A stretch of 64,000 nt of DNA from Fidelibacterota bacterium (lineage in GTDB: Bacteria > Fidelibacterota > Marinisomatia > Marinisomatales > JAHJCW01), in NCBI GenBank assembly GCA_042564205.1, contig JBHPLN010000002.1, positions 48,454-112,453 of the forward strand, in the 5' to 3' direction. This document shows positions 19,774-28,822 of this stretch, one piece after another (the stretch's first letter is position 1; each line of letters starts with the position of its first letter). The notes below the pieces were generated by a model. That model worked only from the letters and a program-made list of their open reading frames with translations, did not search any database and was not told the DNA's origin. Position numbers and translations under genes: made by a program.

Positions 19774-20187
19774 ATGCTTGAGCTAAAAGAAATTCTGAAA
19801 AATCAAGGTTTCCGCTATACAAAACAACGTCAAGCAATTTGGGATGAATTACAATCGACGCAATCTTACCGTGATGTAGAAGAAATTTACGTTTCACTTC
19901 GAACTAAAGGGTCGATTGTATCAAAAGCATCGGTTTATAGCACAATTGAATTATTAGTGAATAATAATTTGTTAAGTAAGTTGAAAATTGGAGATGGAAA
20001 GGCAAGATTCGAGTATCGTGAAAGTAAAATGCATTATGATTATCTAATATGCACTGAATGCCAAAAAATCATTGAATTTCATGGGGATGAAATTGAGATC
20101 CTACAAAAGAATATTGCTGAAATAAATAATTTCAAACTGACGCACCATACACATCAATTATTTGGATTATGCAAGGATTGTCAATAA
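19774..20187 (+). CDS. fur: Fur-family metalloregulator
   Basis: N-terminal winged helix (RYTKQRQAIWDEL...), CTEC...CKDC zinc site and an HHTH metal-sensing motif. The stop codon abuts the feoA start. Confidence 0.85.
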   Translation: MLELKEILKNQGFRYTKQRQAIWDELQSTQSYRDVEEIYVSLRTKGSIVSKASVYSTIELLVNNNLLSKLKIGDGKARFEYRESKMHYDYLICTECQKIIEFHGDEIEILQKNIAEINNFKLTHHTHQLFGLCKDCQ

Positions 20188-20415
20188 ATGAACACTATAG
20201 CTGATCTGGCACCAGGCGATGTAGCTGCAATAGTTGGTTTCACGGGGGAAATGGAATTACAGAGCAGATTAGTGGAAATGGGATTTGTACCTGGAGTAAA
20301 AATAAGAATTGTAAAATATGCTCCCTGGAAAGGATTGGTAGAGTTAAAAATTAGAAATTATCATGTTTCGATACGAATGAGTGACGCAGAAAATATTAAG
20401 GTCGAAAAATTATGA
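20188..20415 (+). CDS. feoA: Ferrous iron transport protein A
   Basis: 75-aa SH3-like FeoA pattern (GDVAAIVGF...RLVEMGFVPGVKIRIV...IRNYHVSIRMSDAENIKV). Its stop overlaps the feoB start in ATGA. Confidence 0.85.
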   Translation: MNTIADLAPGDVAAIVGFTGEMELQSRLVEMGFVPGVKIRIVKYAPWKGLVELKIRNYHVSIRMSDAENIKVEKL

Positions 20416-22571
20416 ATGACGGTACCAGGCCAATTGTTGTTGAAAAATATGTAGCCATTATTGGGAATCCTAACTGTGGCAAAACCGCTGTATTCAATCA
20501 TCTCACCGGACTAAGCCAGAAAGTTTCTAATTATCCCGGAATAACAGTAGAGCGTAAAACTGGCATTCTAAAAGGTGATTCAGAGCGAAACATTCAGGTT
20601 CTAGATCTCCCGGGTACTTATAGCATAACACCGGAATCACTGGATGAAAGAGTAGTCGCTGAGCAGGTTATGGATTGGATTCATGGAATCAATAAGCCTT
20701 CCGCTATTATTTCAATTGTTGATGCTACCAATTTAAGTCGCAATTTATACCTTACATCCCAATTGTTAGACTTGGGGATTCCCATCATTTTAGCTCTAAA
20801 TATGATGGACCGTGTTAATGATAAATCTTTAATACCAGATAGAGATTTATTAAAAGAAAAATTTGGGTTGTCGACAGTCATACCGATATCAGCGTTGGAA
20901 GGTTGGGGAATAGCTGAATTAACTGATTCAATTCATCGTGCAATCACAAATCCAACACCGCAAAAAAGTCGATTTCTATTTGAATCACATTTAGAGGTTC
21001 ATGACTTACTGAAACCATTATCAGAATATTTAGGTCAGCAGTTCAATTACTCACCAAGACTGAGTAGAGTACAGGCCCTACGGCTGATCACGCGTCAATC
21101 AGCATTGGATTTATATCGTCCTCCGCATGCTGGTGAACACCAATTTGAACCGGGGATTATAGAGAGAATTGAAGAATTACGCACTATTTGCATTAAGGCT
21201 ATTGACGCAGCAGGATTAAATCATAGAACCCTTGAAGCTACCATAAGATATACATGGTTGGATAAGTTGCTGAAGCAATCTACTAGTTCTGAAGTGATTG
21301 GATTAAAAGAGCAAACACGAAGTGAAAAACTCGACAAGATTCTGACCCATCGGTTTGTAGGGCCAATTATTTTTATCGCTCTGCTTCTAATTATCTTTCA
21401 GTCAATTTTTTCATGGTCTTCTATTCCTATGAATTGGATTGATTCAGGCATAGCTAATTTGGGAAATTTAATTTTGAATTCAATGAATCCTGGGATTCTG
21501 CGTGATTTATTGGTAGAGGGAATAATTGGTGGCGTAGGAGCAATTCTAATATTTTTACCACAAATCCTCATCTTGGTTTTTTTCATGACCATATTGGAGG
21601 ATTCAGGCTATATGGCACGAGTTGCTTTTATGCTGGATAAATTTATGACAAAGGTTGGATTGCATGGTCGATCGGTTCTGCCATTGATGAGTGGTTATGC
21701 CTGTGCCATCCCAGGGATCATGGCATCCCGAACTATAGACGGTTGGAAAGAACGTTTAATAACGATAATGGTGCTTCCATTAATGAGTTGTAGTGCCCGA
21801 CTTCCAATTTATGTTCTCATGATTGGCGCTTTTATCCCTAAAACAAAAGTAATGGGTTTATTTAACCTACAGGGAATGGTTTTAATCCTGATGTATTTCC
21901 TGGGAACTGTCACAGCGTTAATAATCGCCAAAATTTTAAGCAAGTTTATTAAAGTTAAAGGTCAGTCATCATTTGTGATGGAAATACCGCCCTACCGCAA
22001 ACCTTTAATGCGGTCGGTTTTTCGCCAGGTTTATCTTCGGGGAAGACAATTTCTCCTTAATGCTGGTCGGATAATTTTGGCCGTTTCTATTGTATTGTGG
22101 TTCCTTGCATCTTTCCCAAAGGCAACTTCAGAAGATCTTGATTTAAACCCCATTCACACCAGTTATGCCGGGAAAATAGGTCATGCTATTGAGCCTGTGA
22201 TTAAACCCCTTGGGTTCGATTGGAAAATTGGGGTAGGGTTAATTACATCCTTTGCTGCACGCGAAGTTGTGATCAGCACCTTGGCAACGCTGTATAATGT
22301 CCAAGATGATGGCGATAATATGGTGAATCTTTCTAAATCAATGCAGACTGATGTTGATCCTAAAACCGGAAAACCAATTTTTTCTATTTTAGTGGCGCTA
22401 TCTTTGATGGTGTTTTATGTGTATGCCGCCCAGTGTATGGCAACGTTTGCAATTGTCCGGCATGAGACCAACTCATGGAAATGGCCATTCATTATGATTA
22501 CTTACATGACTTCTCTGGCTTATGTTGCATCCCTAATAGTATATCAGGTTGGTCGACTGATAACTGGTTAA
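20412..22571 (+). CDS. feoB: Ferrous iron transporter B
   Basis: The N-terminal GTPase has G1 GNPNCGKT, G3 DLPG and G4 NMMD. A polytopic permease follows with the gate motifs LPLMSGYACAIPGIMASR and PPYRKP. Confidence 0.95.
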   Translation: MNDGTRPIVVEKYVAIIGNPNCGKTAVFNHLTGLSQKVSNYPGITVERKTGILKGDSERNIQVLDLPGTYSITPESLDERVVAEQVMDWIHGINKPSAIISIVDATNLSRNLYLTSQLLDLGIPIILALNMMDRVNDKSLIPDRDLLKEKFGLSTVIPISALEGWGIAELTDSIHRAITNPTPQKSRFLFESHLEVHDLLKPLSEYLGQQFNYSPRLSRVQALRLITRQSALDLYRPPHAGEHQFEPGIIERIEELRTICIKAIDAAGLNHRTLEATIRYTWLDKLLKQSTSSEVIGLKEQTRSEKLDKILTHRFVGPIIFIALLLIIFQSIFSWSSIPMNWIDSGIANLGNLILNSMNPGILRDLLVEGIIGGVGAILIFLPQILILVFFMTILEDSGYMARVAFMLDKFMTKVGLHGRSVLPLMSGYACAIPGIMASRTIDGWKERLITIMVLPLMSCSARLPIYVLMIGAFIPKTKVMGLFNLQGMVLILMYFLGTVTALIIAKILSKFIKVKGQSSFVMEIPPYRKPLMRSVFRQVYLRGRQFLLNAGRIILAVSIVLWFLASFPKATSEDLDLNPIHTSYAGKIGHAIEPVIKPLGFDWKIGVGLITSFAAREVVISTLATLYNVQDDGDNMVNLSKSMQTDVDPKTGKPIFSILVALSLMVFYVYAAQCMATFAIVRHETNSWKWPFIMITYMTSLAYVASLIVYQVGRLITG

Positions 22572-22617
22572 ACAGATAGCAATTGACATAAATGATAATG
22601 AGATTTAAGGAGTAAAA

Positions 22618-22884
22618 ATGAAAGCGATGTGGTTAGCGTTTGGGGCAGTATTTCTGGCTGAGTTGGGCGATAAGACACAGCTTGCTATTTTAGCAATGAG
22701 ATCCAAGGGTTTCTCTGGTTGGGGATTATTCTTTGGATCGATGATTGCATTTTTAGTATTAACGGCGCTAGCAATTTTACTTGGTGGATGGATTCAGACT
22801 AAAGTCCCCGAAGATTTAATTACTAAAATTGCGGCCGGGGGATTTGTAGTCATTGGAATTCTGATGTGGTTCAGTAAAATATAG
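22618..22884 (+). CDS. Half-size GDT1/TMEM165 (UPF0016) family membrane protein
   Basis: 88 aa with 3 TM segments and the family signature ELGDKTQ. Confidence 0.75.
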   Translation: MKAMWLAFGAVFLAELGDKTQLAILAMRSKGFSGWGLFFGSMIAFLVLTALAILLGGWIQTKVPEDLITKIAAGGFVVIGILMWFSKI

Positions 22885-23041
22885 TAGTAGAAGTAAGTAT
22901 CCGGATAAATGAAGGAAAAATCGATATAGATCTGAAAATTATTGGTTCGCGTGCTGATTATTTAGGTGGTGTGTTAGATTAGCTGATTCGTCTACAACAA
23001 TCAGTAACCAACATTGATTATTAGTTTTTCTTCACTTATAA

Positions 23042-23059
23042 TTGATAAACTTATATCAA
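23042..23059. promoter_or_regulatory. Inverted repeat TTGATA-N6-TATCAA upstream of rubrerythrin (candidate operator)
   Basis: ttgataaacttatatcaa lies about 90 nt upstream of the ATG at 23151. The regulator is unknown (a PerR/Fur-type factor would be plausible). Confidence 0.25.
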
Positions 23060-23150
23060 GAATTTCACGTTACTAATGCAAGTCTCGATTTGGGTTGGTA
23101 CTAGTAAATCGTGTTTAAATCATAAATATTAATATATGGAGGAAAATCGA

Positions 23151-23567
23151 ATGGAATTAAAAGGATCCAAAACACACAATAACTTAAAAGCTGCTTTTGC
23201 TGGGGAATCCCAGGCAAACCGACGCTACCTGTATTTCGCTCGACAAGCGGATATTGAGGGATACTCCGAAGCAGCCGGTGTTTTTAAAAATACAGCTGAC
23301 GGTGAAACCGGGCACGCCTTCGGTCATCTTGAATTCATGGAAGAAGCCGGAGATCCAGCAACGGATATGCCAATTGGTGAAACTAGGGATAATTTGGCAG
23401 CGGCAGTAGCGGGTGAAACTTATGAGTACACGGAAATGTACCCAGGTTTTGCAAAAACAGCACGCGAAGAGGGCTTTGAAGAAATTTCGGATTGGTTTGA
23501 AACCTTAGCGCGAGCAGAAAAATCGCATGCTGGAAAATTCCAAGAAACATTAGATACATTGGATTAA
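23151..23567 (+). CDS. Rubrerythrin-family diiron protein lacking the rubredoxin domain
   Basis: [12 protein letters not shown]...[23 protein letters not shown] and AEKSHAGKF are the E/ExxH ligands of the ferritin-like four-helix bundle. There is no C-terminal CxxC pair. The start is set at the ATG 8 nt after GGAGG. Confidence 0.85.
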   Translation: MELKGSKTHNNLKAAFAGESQANRRYLYFARQADIEGYSEAAGVFKNTADGETGHAFGHLEFMEEAGDPATDMPIGETRDNLAAAVAGETYEYTEMYPGFAKTAREEGFEEISDWFETLARAEKSHAGKFQETLDTLD

Positions 23568-23580
23568 ACGATACAAGTGA

Positions 23581-23603
23581 GGGGTGATTATTTCACCCCT
23601 CGA
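23581..23603 (+). terminator. 9-bp GC-rich hairpin between rubrerythrin and the Fe-S gene (attenuator/stabiliser or weak terminator)
   Basis: gaggggtga-ttatt-tcacccctc. The downstream T-tract is weak (gattgattt). Confidence 0.45.
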
Positions 23604-23631
23604 TTGATTTCATCCTTGATGGGGTAATAAA

Positions 23632-25086
23632 ATGATTAATCATTCCGATACCAGTAATGCCGTTTATGATATCACAGAAAAACAATACTGGGACAATGCA
23701 TCATTCAATCAGGAATTAGACCGCGTTTTTGATATTTGTATCGGCTGTCGATTATGCTTCAAACTGTGTCCATCTTTTCCAACACTGTTTGAGGCTGTAG
23801 ATCAAATTGGCGATAAAAAACGTGTACAAGCAGTAGCAGAAGGTAGGGTTGAAGAAGAAGATGAAAACCGTGAATATCTGGATTTAGCGGAAGGTGAACA
23901 CGGTGTAGAAGCAAGTATTGAAGTAGAATTTCGTGGCGAAGTAACTGACTTGACTCACAATCAGAAATGGGAAGTCATTGATTTATGCTACCAATGCAAA
24001 CTCTGTGACCCTATATGTCCCTATACACCGGATAAGGAACATGAATTTCAATTGGACTTTCCCAAGCTGATGACCAGGGCACAGGCCATTAGATCGCAGG
24101 ATCAACATATTAAACCAAGTGATCGCTTTCTTTCGAATACAGATTTTTCTGGTAAAGTCGGCTCAATGGTGGCACCCCTTACAAATTTTGTAAATACTAA
24201 TAAATTTTTCAGAATGCTCATGCACCACGTGATTGGAATTCATAAAGATCGAATCTTACCGAAATTTCATGGTGAAACACTGGAAAAATGGTTTAAAAAA
24301 AAATATAATAATCCAATTAAACCAGAAGAAGTTGAGAATGAAAAAGTAGTGATTTTTGGGACCTGTTTTGTTAATAATAATGATCCCGAAGTCGGGAAAG
24401 CAGCCGTTGAAATATTAAAATATAATAATGTTAGCGTTGCCTATCCCAAACAACAGTGTTGTGGGGCCCCTTTTCTTTCACCTGGGGATTTTAAAGGATT
24501 TAAGAAACAAGCTGAACCCAACATAAGGGAATTAATCAAATGGGTAGAAAATGGATATAAGATTGTCGTGACCGGACCACCTACTTGCAGCTTAACGCTG
24601 AAGAAAGAATATCCATATATCTTTGGAAAAGATCCGCAGTTGGCGTCCCTGGTACAAAAAATCAGTGAAAATACATATGGCATTTCCGAATATCTCATGT
24701 ACTTGCATAAGAAAGAGCAGCTGCGAACAGATTTTAAAAATGAAATCGGTTCAGTGAACTACCATGTAAGCTGTCACTTAAAAGCTCAAAGTATGGGTTT
24801 TAAAAGTCGTGATTTGCTTCGTCTTATCCCCAACACTCAAATCCGAATGGTAAATCGTTGTAGCGGTATGGATGGCGGTTGGGGCATGAAAAAGGAGTTT
24901 TTCCAGGAATCATTAAAAGTCGGTGAAAAATGCGTTAAAGATTTAGACAAAAAAGATGCTGACATTACATGTTCCGATTGTACGCTAGCAGCCCTTCAGA
25001 TATATCAGGCAAGTGGTGAAAGAATCCAAGCTGAACATCCCATTGAAACCCTGCATCGAGCTTATGGATTAGCGGAAAAGTCTTGA
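23632..25086 (+). CDS. Heterodisulfide-reductase-related (HdrD/GlpC-like) Fe-S protein with CCG domains
   Basis: Two ferredoxin-type motifs (CIGCRLCFKLCP and CYQCKLCDPICP) and cysteine-rich CCG-type motifs (QQCCGAP, CSGMDGGWG). Confidence 0.8.
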   Translation: MINHSDTSNAVYDITEKQYWDNASFNQELDRVFDICIGCRLCFKLCPSFPTLFEAVDQIGDKKRVQAVAEGRVEEEDENREYLDLAEGEHGVEASIEVEFRGEVTDLTHNQKWEVIDLCYQCKLCDPICPYTPDKEHEFQLDFPKLMTRAQAIRSQDQHIKPSDRFLSNTDFSGKVGSMVAPLTNFVNTNKFFRMLMHHVIGIHKDRILPKFHGETLEKWFKKKYNNPIKPEEVENEKVVIFGTCFVNNNDPEVGKAAVEILKYNNVSVAYPKQQCCGAPFLSPGDFKGFKKQAEPNIRELIKWVENGYKIVVTGPPTCSLTLKKEYPYIFGKDPQLASLVQKISENTYGISEYLMYLHKKEQLRTDFKNEIGSVNYHVSCHLKAQSMGFKSRDLLRLIPNTQIRMVNRCSGMDGGWGMKKEFFQESLKVGEKCVKDLDKKDADITCSDCTLAALQIYQASGERIQAEHPIETLHRAYGLAEKS

Positions 25087-25123
25087 GAATTATATGAGAA
25101 ATTAAAAAGAATCGTTAAAGAGA

Positions 25124-25711
25124 ATGGAAAAACTCACGCTTGCCGATTTAATGAATATATATGAGTATGAGAAAGATAGAGATAAGTACAGACGTAGTAT
25201 AATAAAGTATAAATCAGAACGACGCATTCAACTGGGTCCATATATACTAATCACCTTCGAAAATCGAAAAACCATGAAATATCAAGTGCAGGAAATGATG
25301 CGGGCTGAGCGTATGGTGGACGATGTAAAAATACAACATGAATTAGATATTTATAATGCTTTGCTGCCGGATCAAAATGAGCTGAGTGCTACACTTTTTA
25401 TCGAGATTACGGAAGAAACCGAAATTCGTGAATTGCTGTATAAATTTATTGGTTTGACAGAAAATCAGACACTTTTTATTAAGATGGACCACGATAAAGT
25501 GTATGCCAACTTTGAATCTGGTCGCGAAGAAGAGGATAAAATAAGTTCAGTTCATTATATTCGTTTCAGGTTTACACATGAACAGATAAGTCGCATGCAA
25601 TCTGGTAAAACAAAACTCTCCATTGGGATAGATTACAAGGATTATCAGTATGACCGGATATTCTCAAGAATGGAAATAAAAAATATATTTAGTGATTTAA
25701 TTCCTGATTAA
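25124..25711 (+). CDS. DUF3501-like protein
   Basis: 195 aa, with size and context (downstream of rubrerythrin and the CCG Fe-S protein) as I recall for DUF3501. There is no motif-level proof. Confidence 0.5.
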   Translation: MEKLTLADLMNIYEYEKDRDKYRRSIIKYKSERRIQLGPYILITFENRKTMKYQVQEMMRAERMVDDVKIQHELDIYNALLPDQNELSATLFIEITEETEIRELLYKFIGLTENQTLFIKMDHDKVYANFESGREEEDKISSVHYIRFRFTHEQISRMQSGKTKLSIGIDYKDYQYDRIFSRMEIKNIFSDLIPD

Positions 25712-25749
25712 AATAGAGCAAATTAGTTTTATCTCCTAATTCCTGTAAA

Positions 25750-26421
25750 TTATTTTCTGGCTATCAAATTAATATCGATATTTTCTAAAATAGATTTGTC
25801 ATAACCCATCTTGATAACATTTAGCATTGCTTTTCCAAATAGCTCAGTAGTTGTAAAAATTTTGGGAAAGGATCTTAAAATCGGGTAGAAAGGTTTCATT
25901 AATACGTATGTGAAATTATAGATACCAGTCCTAGACTTAATGCCTTTCATCGGTTGAATGAGGGCTGGCCTGAACATATAAACTTTATTAAATGGTAGCT
26001 TTAAAAGTGCATTCTCAGTTTCCCCTTTTACTCGTGCCCACATAGATTTCCCCTTTTCAGTACTATCAGTTCCAGCGCCAGAAACGTAGCAAAATGTAAC
26101 CTGCGGATTAATTTCAACCATGGATTTTGCAAAACCAAGTGTAAGATCATAGGTTATCCTGCGGTATTCAGCCTCAGACTTACCGGCCGATGTTATTCCA
26201 GCACAAAAAAAGCACGCGTCATATTTAGCGATTTCATCCTTTAGAAGTGTTAGATTTTTAAAATCCGAGTGTATTATTTCTTTAATTTTATCATGTTGCA
26301 TGCCAATGGGATTCCGTGTGATTAGCAGCACTGATTCCACATCCGGGCTTTCAAGGCATTCAAGAAGCACACCTTTTCCAACCATGCCTGTTGCGCCGGT
26401 AATGATGGCGTTAATTTTCAT
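25750..26421 (-). CDS. NAD(P)H-binding, atypical SDR-like oxidoreductase
   Basis: N-terminal Rossmann motif ITGATGMVGKGVL. 223 aa. Confidence 0.75.
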   Translation of the reverse strand: MKINAIITGATGMVGKGVLLECLESPDVESVLLITRNPIGMQHDKIKEIIHSDFKNLTLLKDEIAKYDACFFCAGITSAGKSEAEYRRITYDLTLGFAKSMVEINPQVTFCYVSGAGTDSTEKGKSMWARVKGETENALLKLPFNKVYMFRPALIQPMKGIKSRTGIYNFTYVLMKPFYPILRSFPKIFTTTELFGKAMLNVIKMGYDKSILENIDINLIARK

Positions 26422-26635
26422 TTATTCCTCCATGGTTGTTTGACTAACAAGTTTGCTAAAAATTGAGATTAAATTTTTTTACCTGCATCAGACATGGTTT
26501 TTCAGCTTAATAATATTTTAGAATATAATATTTGGTGCTTAAAATGTATAAGCTAAACTGACTGTAAAAGTAAAAGAATGTATATTCGCAAATATTCAAT
26601 TAAATAACCGTTTAAAGAAGAGAACCTAGATAAGT

Positions 26636-27265
26636 ATGAAAAATATAAATATTAATACTTGGAGTCGGCGGAACCATTTTAAACTTTTTAGTAATTTTGA
26701 TTATCCACATTTTAATATTACAGCTCCAATTGATATTGAGAAATTTGTGGAAATTTGTAAAGCAGGAGATATATCATTCACGATAACATCCGCCTATCTG
26801 TTCGCTAAATCAGCGAATGAAATTGAATCATTCCGCTACAGAATTCGTGGGGCTGAGGTCGTTCTGCATGAAACGGTACATCCTTCCATCACGATTATGG
26901 CAAATAATCAATTATTCAGCTATTGTACTGTCAATTATATCAATGACTTCCCCCAATTCTATAAATCAGCCCAGGTAAAGGTAAAACGGATGAAGGTAGA
27001 ACCATCATTGAGCAATAAACCGGGACAAGACGAACTAATTTATATGACGGCCATTCCATGGATATCCTTCACTTCATTTGTTCACCCGATCCACCTGAAC
27101 CCAGTCGACTCGGTTCCACGTATTGCCTGGGGAAAATATTATAATGACAGCGATAATGTAAAAATGCCGGTATCAGTGCAGGTTCATCATGCTTTGATGG
27201 ACGGACAGCAAGTAGGAGAATTTTTCGATAAGGTTGAAACTAATTTTAAAAATTTTACATTATAA
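26636..27265 (+). CDS. Chloramphenicol acetyltransferase (type A CAT) family protein
   Basis: 209 aa with W..RNHF near the N-terminus and the catalytic-His region VSVQVHHALMDGQQVGEFF. Confidence 0.8.
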   Translation: MKNININTWSRRNHFKLFSNFDYPHFNITAPIDIEKFVEICKAGDISFTITSAYLFAKSANEIESFRYRIRGAEVVLHETVHPSITIMANNQLFSYCTVNYINDFPQFYKSAQVKVKRMKVEPSLSNKPGQDELIYMTAIPWISFTSFVHPIHLNPVDSVPRIAWGKYYNDSDNVKMPVSVQVHHALMDGQQVGEFFDKVETNFKNFTL

Positions 27266-27342
27266 GGATTACGGATTTATATAGATAATGGTCAGTTTTT
27301 AAGGATTTAGCGGTTGGGTGTAGGAAATAAAATTGCAATTGT

Positions 27343-27379
27343 AATAAAATAGGGTAAGAATTACTTACCCTATTTTATT
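27343..27379. terminator. Bidirectional intrinsic terminator between convergent genes
   Basis: A perfect 16-bp stem, aataaaatagggtaag-aatta-cttaccctattttatt, with A/T runs on both sides. Confidence 0.7.
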
Positions 27380-27408
27380 ACTACATAGATTAGTGAAAAA
27401 CGCCTGCT

Positions 27409-27867
27409 TTATTCCATATTTTGTGAATGTCCATCATAATAATGCTGGCCAGTATAAATTCCATCTTTATGCGCTTGAATCATATCAATCAATTCATTAT
27501 TATCCTCTTCAGGGGCACTCTCAGTAAATGATTTCAGGCCTTCACCCCAGGCTTTTTGAAAAGTCGCAAAATCTTTAGCAACATATTGTACGACAACATT
27601 CCATTCATCACCCCAAGCATGCGTGATATAACCCCAACTGATCAGTTTGCCTTCGTCGACGAGTTTATCGAAACCGGGAGCCCAATATTCATTTGTTAAT
27701 TCCACATAACGGCCCATATCAGCTAATGGAACCATGTTTTGTGATATTACGACTGTTGGCTTGACCTTTTTCTTTCCTTCATCGCTATCCTGGGCACTTA
27801 TGAAGCCCGGTATGATAATTAGCATTAATAATGCGGATGCAATTACCCTTTTCATTGTTTTATTCAT
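27409..27867 (-). CDS. Secreted hypothetical protein
   Basis: Signal peptide MKRVIASALLMLIIIPGFISAQ. No recognisable motif. Confidence 0.5.
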   Translation of the reverse strand: MNKTMKRVIASALLMLIIIPGFISAQDSDEGKKKVKPTVVISQNMVPLADMGRYVELTNEYWAPGFDKLVDEGKLISWGYITHAWGDEWNVVVQYVAKDFATFQKAWGEGLKSFTESAPEEDNNELIDMIQAHKDGIYTGQHYYDGHSQNME

Positions 27868-27869
27868 TG

Positions 27870-27894
27870 TTTCCTCCTATTGATTGCCTGCTAA
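27870..27894 (-). repeat. 25-nt leader, copy 1 (identical to 28622..28646), containing the ribosome-binding site
   Basis: The + strand reads tttcctcctattgattgcctgctaa; in sense it is TTAGCAGGCAATCAATAGGAGGAAA, 2 nt before the ATG. Confidence 0.8.
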
Positions 27895-27946
27895 TTAGAA
27901 ATAACACAGGATTATGTTTCTTTTTCATGGAATAAATGGCTTGAGC

Positions 27947-28306
27947 CTATCGCGCAAATCCACCGGCTGGTGACATAAATATCGGCTTGAATCCGCTCAA
28001 CGCTTCTCTTACCTGCTCGCTCGGATTACCGTAGACAACAAAGCGCGTTGCATCAAGAATCGCCATAAACCGTTCAGCAAATTTCTCGCCAAAGGCCCCT
28101 AAGTGTGTCAGCACTGCTTCGGAATCAGTATATCGTTCGTAAATAAAACAAGTTTTATTATCATTGCTAAGCGTCCATTCATAGTTTAAGGTATTAGGTT
28201 CATTTGTTTCTGTAGAAGCCACCATTTCCGTCATTAAATCCTGAAATTTTTCAAATTCACCAGTTTTAATTGTTAGCTCAAGAATCCAGTAAACATTGGT
28301 ACTCAT
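27947..28306 (-). CDS. ABM-domain (antibiotic biosynthesis monooxygenase/quinol monooxygenase-like) protein
   Basis: 119 aa. NEPNTLNYEW...CFIYERYTDSEAVLTHLG is the ABM ferredoxin-like pattern. Confidence 0.6.
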   Translation of the reverse strand: MSTNVYWILELTIKTGEFEKFQDLMTEMVASTETNEPNTLNYEWTLSNDNKTCFIYERYTDSEAVLTHLGAFGEKFAERFMAILDATRFVVYGNPSEQVREALSGFKPIFMSPAGGFAR

Positions 28307-28329
28307 TTTTCGCTCCTTTATTCTGTTTA

Positions 28330-28620
28330 TTAATTACCCCCTGCGACTTTTTTTACTACTGAAAATGCATCAGAAACTGGCCTTGTGTCGGCATAGCCAA
28401 GATCGATTATCGGGTCTAAAAATGCTTGAATGTTTTCAGCTTCATCAGTTTCTACAATCATGTAGAAAGTATGAGCGGCTGGATCTACATAAGCTCCGAC
28501 AATTTTCACACCAGCATTGTCAGCATTCGCTAACACCTTACCGACGGTGTTTTTTGCTTTTTCCGGGTCGTGAATCATACAAGTTTCCCAGGTATGTGTG
28601 TGCGTGACGTGAAATAACAT
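28330..28620 (-). CDS. Small hypothetical alpha+beta protein
   Basis: 96 aa (MLFHVTHTHTWETC...). Forms an operon-like string with the two downstream minus-strand genes. Confidence 0.5.
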   Translation of the reverse strand: MLFHVTHTHTWETCMIHDPEKAKNTVGKVLANADNAGVKIVGAYVDPAAHTFYMIVETDEAENIQAFLDPIIDLGYADTRPVSDAFSVVKKVAGGN

Positions 28621-28621
28621 A

Positions 28622-28646
28622 TTTCCTCCTATTGATTGCCTGCTAA
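28622..28646 (-). repeat. 25-nt leader, copy 2
   Basis: Identical 25-mer tttcctcctattgattgcctgctaa immediately 5' of the start codon at 28620. Confidence 0.8.
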
Positions 28647-28822
28647 ATAAAGAATATACTAAAATACCGCCTGGAGTATAACGCTAAAAACCAATTATAA
28701 AAACAATAATATCAACAGTATAAAGGACCTTAATATCCAATTATATTAAATTTCGTTTTACTGTTTAAACAGTTTTTATGATTGTAATCAATTATATGGG
28801 AAAAGGAGACACCGTAATCAAA

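Noticed and set aside
28296-28607. Plus-strand ORF 28296..28607. Similar cases are 28965..29294, 30225..30449, 30863..31255, 3211..3414, 3955..4176 and 23197..23409.
   Set aside because: These overlap better-supported genes on the opposite strand or in another frame. Their compositions are basic or Cys/His-rich and odd. No motifs were recognised.
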